A stretch of DNA of 64,000 nucleotides, taken from assembly GCA_964523975.1 (NCBI GenBank), contig CAZGBM010000002.1, positions 1,324 through 65,323 on the forward strand, given 5' to 3'. Below the pieces are notes generated by a model. The model saw only the letters and a program-made list of their open reading frames with translations, did no database searches and was not told the origin of the DNA. The position numbers and the translations under genes are program-made. Shown piece by piece: positions 58,091 to 64,000 of the stretch (within the stretch, counting starts at the first letter, position 1; each line of letters starts with the position of its first letter). Source of the stretch: an uncultured bacterium (GTDB taxonomy: Bacteria; Hydrothermota; UBA3072).

Positions 58091-60397
58091 TTGAACTTAT
58101 CTTTACGAGGTATGAATAAAGAGCGAAGAAAAATCGAGATAAGAGGTATAGTTCAGGGTGTAGGGTTTCGTCCCGCCGTCTTTCGCCTCGCAAAAAAACA
58201 TAATCTAAAAGGGTCTGTAGGTAACGATACCATGGGAGTTGTGCTGGATATCGAGGGACTTCCTGATGAAATAGATTCTTTCCTGAAAGAACTAAAAGTG
58301 AATCCTCCTCCGCTTGCGAACATAGAAAAACTCGAATCGAAAAAACTTAATTTAAAAAATTACAAAGAATTCAAAATAATCGAGAGCAAAGAGCAGAAAG
58401 AAAAAACGACCCTGGTTTCCCCGGATATAGCAACGTGTAAGGATTGTCAAAATGAGTTACTGGACTCTACGGACAGGAGATATTTATATCCATTCATAAA
58501 CTGCACAAACTGCGGGCCACGTTTTACGATAACGAAAGAACTCCCTTACGACAGAAAAAACACAACTATGAAGAAATTCGAAATGTGCGAACGATGCAAA
58601 AAGGAATATGAAAACCCGCAAGACCGAAGATTTCACGCACAGCCTGACGCATGCGACGTCTGCGGACCACATCTTGAACTTTTAGACTCTAAAGGAAAGA
58701 AAATCAAAGGTAATCTGATAGAAAAAGCGATTGAATTTTTAAAAAATGGCAAAATCGTCGCGATAAAAGGGCTCGGAGGTTTTCATCTTGCCTGTAACGC
58801 AAAAGATAAAAAAGCTATCAAAACTTTAAGAGAAAGGAAAACTCGTCCGTATAAACCTTTTGCGCTTATGGCAAAAGATACATCCGTGATAAGCAAATTC
58901 GTATATGTCTCGAAGCAGGAACAAGAGCTATTGCAAAGTCCCCGGGCTCCCATAGTCCTTCTTGAGAAAAAGAAAACCGGGGAGCTTCCGGATAATATAG
59001 CTCCGAACAATAAATTTCTCGGCTTTATGCTGTCTTACACTCCCCTGCACATTCTTCTGTTCCAGAAGCCGGAAATTATCGAGGTCCTCGTGATGACTTC
59101 AGGGAACAAAATAGACGAACCGCTCGCTATAGACAATGACGAAGCATTCGAAAAACTCGGAAATATTGCCGATTATTTCCTTATTCACGACAGGGATATA
59201 TGGATTGGGGCAGATGATTCCATCGTGAGGATAATAGACGGCGAGCCTCTCCTTTTGAGACGCTCGAGAGGCTATGCTCCACAGCCCATTAAAAGCCCCG
59301 TTGGAAGTAAAAAAAAGATTATCGGTTTTGGTGCTCATAAACATAATACTTTCTCTATTTCCCGGGGAGATGAAATTTTCATGAGTCATTATATAGGAGA
59401 GACAGACAATCTCGAAACGATAAAAGCATTTGAGCGGGGAATCAGTCATTTTATTAATTTCTTCGATATTCCTCCCGATATAGCAGTGGTCGATTTACAT
59501 CCCGAGTACGAAGCGACAAAGTTCGGCAAGAAATGGGCAAGAGAGAACAATAAACCTTTGATAGAAGTCCAGCATCATCACGCTCACATCGCATCCTGCC
59601 TTCTGGACAACGATATGAATGAAAAAGTAATCGGAGTGGCATGGGATGGAACCGGGTATGGAGCAGATGGAAAAATATGGGGAGGGGAATTTTTGCTTGC
59701 CGATTTAGAAGATTACAAAAGAAAAGCTCATTTGCAGTATATTCCGCTGCCCGGCGGAGAAATGGCGGTGAAAGAACCCTGGAGAATGGGTGCGGCATAT
59801 TTGTATAAAACATTCGGTAAAGACTTTATCAAGCTTGATATAGATTTCGTAAAAAGGCTCGACAGGAAGAAATGGACTGTCATAGAAAATATGATAGACA
59901 AAAAAGTGAATTCACCGGAGACTTCATCGATAGGAAGACTATTTGATGCGGTATCATCTATCATAGGAATAAGAGACACCATAACGTATCAGGGTCAGGC
60001 TGCAATCGAGCTTGAAATGATGGCGAGGGACAGCGGAGGCGAATTTTACGAATTCGAAATCCGGGAAGAAAATGGTATTTACGTGATAAACCCCCTAACG
60101 GTTATACAATCGATAATAGAAGATATTAAAAACGAAGCCGCAGCGGATTCTATCTCTTCAAAGTTTCACTTCGGTTTAGCAGAAATGATTGTGAGGGTCT
60201 CGGGTTTATTACGGGAAGAAACTCGCATAAATAAAGTTTGTCTTTCCGGCGGCGTTTCCCAGAATATGGTTCTGAGGAAATTAACAACCGAAAGATTGGA
60301 AAGAAATGATTTTAAGGTTTACAATCACAAAAATATACCGCCGAACGACGGAGGCATTTCAGCAGGTCAGGTCGCAGTCGCAATGAAGCGTTTTTAA
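58091..60397 (+). CDS. hypF: [NiFe] hydrogenase maturation carbamoyltransferase HypF
   Basis: N-terminal acylphosphatase (IRGIVQGVGFRP), two CxxC-x18-CxxC Zn fingers, a YrdC-like domain and a Kae1-like domain. Length 768 aa. Confidence 0.88.
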   Translation: MNLSLRGMNKERRKIEIRGIVQGVGFRPAVFRLAKKHNLKGSVGNDTMGVVLDIEGLPDEIDSFLKELKVNPPPLANIEKLESKKLNLKNYKEFKIIESKEQKEKTTLVSPDIATCKDCQNELLDSTDRRYLYPFINCTNCGPRFTITKELPYDRKNTTMKKFEMCERCKKEYENPQDRRFHAQPDACDVCGPHLELLDSKGKKIKGNLIEKAIEFLKNGKIVAIKGLGGFHLACNAKDKKAIKTLRERKTRPYKPFALMAKDTSVISKFVYVSKQEQELLQSPRAPIVLLEKKKTGELPDNIAPNNKFLGFMLSYTPLHILLFQKPEIIEVLVMTSGNKIDEPLAIDNDEAFEKLGNIADYFLIHDRDIWIGADDSIVRIIDGEPLLLRRSRGYAPQPIKSPVGSKKKIIGFGAHKHNTFSISRGDEIFMSHYIGETDNLETIKAFERGISHFINFFDIPPDIAVVDLHPEYEATKFGKKWARENNKPLIEVQHHHAHIASCLLDNDMNEKVIGVAWDGTGYGADGKIWGGEFLLADLEDYKRKAHLQYIPLPGGEMAVKEPWRMGAAYLYKTFGKDFIKLDIDFVKRLDRKKWTVIENMIDKKVNSPETSSIGRLFDAVSSIIGIRDTITYQGQAAIELEMMARDSGGEFYEFEIREENGIYVINPLTVIQSIIEDIKNEAAADSISSKFHFGLAEMIVRVSGLLREETRINKVCLSGGVSQNMVLRKLTTERLERNDFKVYNHKNIPPNDGGISAGQVAVAMKRF

Positions 60398-60606
60398 ACA
60401 AAAAAAACATTTACCACAAAGAACACAAAGAGCACAAAGTTGTTTATTCTTTAGCTAACAGCTAAAGGCAAAAAGCTAAATTCTTAGTTTAACAACAAAT
60501 TACACGAATATCACGAATATTTTTTAAACTTGGAACTCAAAACAATCGTCCGTTGATTAATAAGAAGATTACATATATTATTATTCTAAATAATAAGGAG
60601 TTATAA

Positions 60607-61434
60607 TTGAGGGTCTTGTACACAACAGACTTACATGGTAATGAAAGGTATTATAAATATCTGGAAGAAGTTGCTTTTCGAGAGAAGGTTGATGTGGTAA
60701 TTAATGGGGGGGACCTTTATCCGGGAGTTTCAAAAGAAGGACAGAAGAACTTCCTGGATGAGTTTTTCCGTCAACATCTTAGTTTTTTCGATACTAAAAA
60801 AATTTATTATCTTACGTTTCCCGGGAATTATGATCTTAAAGTACTGGATCCTTTGTTTGACAGCATATGCAGTGGGTTTGAGTTTGCTTTGAATCTTAAT
60901 CGCAGGAAGATAAAAATTAATGAATATGATTTTATTGGAATTAATTTGGTTTCCGATTATCCGTTTCGTCTGAAAGATAGGTGCAGAATGGATAACAAAG
61001 AGTTCGAGTTCCCACCCCAGCATGGTTCGGCAATATTTTCTTCCGAAGAGGATTTCAAGGAGATGAGTACTGAGGAGTGGTTTAAGTATGCCCGAAAACT
61101 TCCCACATTGAAGGAAGAATTAGGAAAATTGCCACAAATAGATGACCCTAAAAGGACAATTTATGTAATACATATGCCTCCTGCGAATCTGGGTCTTGAT
61201 GTATGTTATGGGAATAGGAAGGCCGGTTCGGTCGCAATATATGAGTTCATAAAAGAAAAGCAACCACTTCTCACACTACATGGTCATATCCATGAGTCAC
61301 CTCAAGTTTCAGGGGTCTGGAAGGCTAAACTTGGCAGAACAACCTGCATCCAGCCAGGGCAGGAGGATAAATTGACTTATGTTACGATTAATCTTGAAGG
61401 TTCGGATTTGGATGTTTCAAGGGAAAAGGTTTGA
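60607..61434 (+). CDS. metallophosphoesterase
   Basis: TDLHG, GGDLY and GHIHES motifs. TTG start preceded by an AAGGAG RBS. Confidence 0.6.
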   Translation: MRVLYTTDLHGNERYYKYLEEVAFREKVDVVINGGDLYPGVSKEGQKNFLDEFFRQHLSFFDTKKIYYLTFPGNYDLKVLDPLFDSICSGFEFALNLNRRKIKINEYDFIGINLVSDYPFRLKDRCRMDNKEFEFPPQHGSAIFSSEEDFKEMSTEEWFKYARKLPTLKEELGKLPQIDDPKRTIYVIHMPPANLGLDVCYGNRKAGSVAIYEFIKEKQPLLTLHGHIHESPQVSGVWKAKLGRTTCIQPGQEDKLTYVTINLEGSDLDVSREKV

Positions 61435-61619
61435 CTTTTTGTTCAACAAAAAATAAAATAAAACACAGAAGTGGAAATAGCAAATTAGTGAATTAGTTGA
61501 TTGGTGAATTAGTAGGAAAATTGCTAAAAGCCAAAGGTGAAAAGCTAAGAGCTATGTAGAAACCGGTATCTGGTACCTGGTATCTGGTATCTGGTATCTA
61601 AAATTCACCACAGAGTTTT

Positions 61620-62327
61620 TCAGCCGTCGGCTGAAAGCTGTGAGCTTTTTACTTTTTGAAGTCGTCTAAAGAACACAAACAATGCGATTGTGGCAGTCAA
61701 AGTCGCTCCTCCCATTCCTAAATTCAGAGTTAGGAAGATTAAAATTATGTTATCAAATACGTAACCTATTCCTCCTAAAACGCAAATAATCCCGTTAGAT
61801 ATTAATGCATATTTAATCACTTTGTTTAATCGGCTTCCTGTAAATACAGGCGCAATGAAGAAACATGATAAACTGAAAAACAAAGTCCAACCAACCAAAT
61901 TTATTCCGGCAATACCCGATGTCGGGTTAGATTGAATAAATTGTTCCAGTCCGGCAATCTGTCCATTGGCAATACTCAGTCTAACCGAACTAATTTGAAC
62001 AAAGTAGTGGATGCCTATGCAAGTGGCAAATATTGTCGCAAAACAAATGCTGATTCTGCTCAAGATTTTTTTGTCTTCCGGCGCATAGTCATTGATGCTG
62101 TGCAGCATTATTAAAAATGCAGGAGCAAAGAGCAACATTGTAAATTGGGCTAAATACTTAAATGACTGATTGTAGTTATTGGAATAAGTTATAAAATCCG
62201 CAAGGTTTGTCCACTTAAAAATTGGATTTACTTTAAAGATTGCCACAAAGCAAATTGTCCAAATAACAAAAGTAGTAATGCAAATCAAGGCTGTCCAATA
62301 GCCGAGTTTAATTGATAGTGATTTCAT
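61620..62327 (-). CDS. hypothetical polytopic membrane protein
   Basis: 235 aa with about six TM helices. Confidence 0.4.
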   Translation of the reverse strand: MKSLSIKLGYWTALICITTFVIWTICFVAIFKVNPIFKWTNLADFITYSNNYNQSFKYLAQFTMLLFAPAFLIMLHSINDYAPEDKKILSRISICFATIFATCIGIHYFVQISSVRLSIANGQIAGLEQFIQSNPTSGIAGINLVGWTLFFSLSCFFIAPVFTGSRLNKVIKYALISNGIICVLGGIGYVFDNIILIFLTLNLGMGGATLTATIALFVFFRRLQKVKSSQLSADG

Positions 62328-62537
62328 TATACGTCCCCTCCTTCATTTAAATTAAAACGAAATAATTTATTTTTTTAAATTGTAGATATTTAAGAAAAAA
62401 TGTCAAGGAATTTTTTAGCCATCGGATGTTTTACTAATCAACTAATTTACCAATTGACTAATATACTGAATCGAAGATTCTACGGGATTCAAAAAACAAG
62501 ACCTGCCTTGATTGTTTTCCACGCAAATCTATAGTAG

Positions 62538-64000
62538 TTATTCCGCAAAAAACTTTTTCCGCAATCGAATATCCTCTGATGAGCTGCCGATTTGAACTTC
62601 AAATTCGCCCGGTTCGACAATAAAGTCATTCGATTTAATATCATAGAATGATAGTTCGGATGCAGGAAGATTAAACGAAACGGTTTTATGTTCACCCGGT
62701 TTGAGAGTGATACGTTGGAACCGTTTTAACTGGCGGATTGGCACCTTGATAGAAGCTTTTGTATCACGGACGTAAACTTGAACGACTTCGTCACCTTTGT
62801 AGTTGCCGGTATTTCGCACAGTGCATTGAATTTTAATTGCACCGTCCTTGCTAATTTTGTCGGTACTTAATCTCAAATCACTGTATTTGAATGTCGTATA
62901 GGAAAGCCCGTAACCGAATGGGTATAAAACGGGTTTTTCAAAATACATATAGGTTCGGCCATAATTGATAATGTCATAATTGGCAAAGGGCGGCAGCTGA
63001 TCGGTTGACGCGTAGAATGTTTCCGGGAGTTTGCCGCCCGGATTGATGTCGCCAAATAAAACATCGGCGATTGCCGTTCCGGTAGCCTGGCCGGTATACC
63101 ACGCTTCAAGGATAGCAGCAGCATCTTTTTCCGTTCCTGCCAAAGCTACAGGGCCACCGTTAATGAGAACAATGACAATGTTAGAGTTTACTTGTGCAAT
63201 CTCTCGAACCAAATCTCTTTGAACTTGAGGTAATGTAATATCCATCCTGTCATTTTCTTCTTGAGAAATAAGGGGATGTGTTCCAAGAACAAGGATAACC
63301 AGATCGCTTTCTTTCGCGATTTCTTTTGCCTTATCAAAATTTTGTTGACCGAGGTCCCACACCAATCGCGCTGTTGCGCCGAGACTATTATCGAAATATT
63401 CGAATACAATTTTATATTCTTTTCCGGCTTTTAATTCAATGTTAGCTTTGTTTGGCTTTTCACCATGTTCTGTCCAATCTTCAAAAAACAATTGATTGTC
63501 TACATAAAGTCGAGACCCATCATCTGTTCTCGTTCCCAGAGAAAACACACGAGTTTCCGGGGGTATTATTTTACCTGTCCAACGAACCGAGAACTGGTCA
63601 TTTGGCACCTCAGGTGCCGGGGATTTTTCGCCCCATCTAAAATTTATAATGGAATCGATACGAGTTAAAACAGGTTTGCCTGATAAATCCATGTTATCAA
63701 AATATTGACCAATCATTCCTGTTTTGCCGGAGTCATCGATTTTTGTAAAATATTCTGTTTCGATTGGTCTTAAAAGTCCGCCACCAACCCCGCAGCCTTC
63801 AACATAGTTGACTTTAATTCCATAACTCGATGCTTTATTTTTTATTCCCTCAAGCGGACTGATTCGGATATTGGGCCAGCCGCTATAGATACCCAGTTGG
63901 CACTCCTCCGCATTTGGTCCGATTACTGCAATCGATTTTATTTTGTTTTTGTCCAGAGGTAAAATGCCTTCATTTTTGAGGAGGACTATTGCTTTTTGAG
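62538..64000 (-). CDS. glycoside hydrolase family 3 beta-glucosidase with inserted PA14 domain (5' end outside window)
   Basis: PA14 block (FSVRWTGKI...YKIVFEYFDN) within the GH3 C-terminal domain. The frame is open upstream of M at 63716 to the window edge, with GH3-like sequence (AIVLLKNEGILPLDK...IAVIGPNAEE). Confidence 0.7.
   Translation of the reverse strand, partial: QKAIVLLKNEGILPLDKNKIKSIAVIGPNAEECQLGIYSGWPNIRISPLEGIKNKASSYGIKVNYVEGCGVGGGLLRPIETEYFTKIDDSGKTGMIGQYFDNMDLSGKPVLTRIDSIINFRWGEKSPAPEVPNDQFSVRWTGKIIPPETRVFSLGTRTDDGSRLYVDNQLFFEDWTEHGEKPNKANIELKAGKEYKIVFEYFDNSLGATARLVWDLGQQNFDKAKEIAKESDLVILVLGTHPLISQEENDRMDITLPQVQRDLVREIAQVNSNIVIVLINGGPVALAGTEKDAAAILEAWYTGQATGTAIADVLFGDINPGGKLPETFYASTDQLPPFANYDIINYGRTYMYFEKPVLYPFGYGLSYTTFKYSDLRLSTDKISKDGAIKIQCTVRNTGNYKGDEVVQVYVRDTKASIKVPIRQLKRFQRITLKPGEHKTVSFNLPASELSFYDIKSNDFIVEPGEFEVQIGSSSEDIRLRKKFFAE

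Overview
This is an AT-rich (~35-38% GC) bacterial chromosomal window, probably from an anaerobe: it carries NrdDG, PyrK/PyrD class 1B, and HypDEF [NiFe]-hydrogenase maturation genes. Most of it is ordinary housekeeping genome. It contains the replication origin region (dnaA-dnaN with a DnaA-box cluster), the pyrimidine operon pyrK-pyrD-pyrF-pyrE, cysE-cysK, mutS2, rsmG, rng, lpd, recO, and hypD/hypE with hypF about 56 kb away. It also carries ugd plus a Wzc-type tyrosine kinase, two GT4 glycosyltransferases, a TolC-MFP-MacB-type efflux operon, a GGDEF cyclase and a giant TPR-protein operon.

The most unusual locus is a four-gene minus-strand operon at about 19.4-23.5 kb, apparently undescribed. 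It encodes two tandem microviridin/RimK-like ATP-grasp ligases, a 116-aa protein, and a 532-aa protein. In the 532-aa protein the first ~110 aa are a clear paralog of the 116-aa protein, fused to a legumain/clostripain-like (clan CD, caspase-fold) cysteine peptidase domain with His-Gly and Gln-Cys-Ser-Ser-Gly motifs, followed by a coiled-coil tail. Both paralogous domains end in an FPPF(F/L)N motif followed by a Thr/Ser/Asp/Glu/Lys-rich tail. The small gene has its own consensus sigma70 promoter, preceded by an 18-bp perfect hairpin. I read this as a candidate graspetide-like protein/peptide modification system with an asparaginyl-endopeptidase-like processing enzyme.

Other notable observations are an apparently split anaerobic ribonucleotide reductase whose glycyl-radical domain sits in a separate 58-codon ORF; a family of composite word-like intergenic repeats that includes ~115-bp inverted-repeat elements at several loci; and a perfect 20-24 bp palindrome duplicated at both ends of rsmG.
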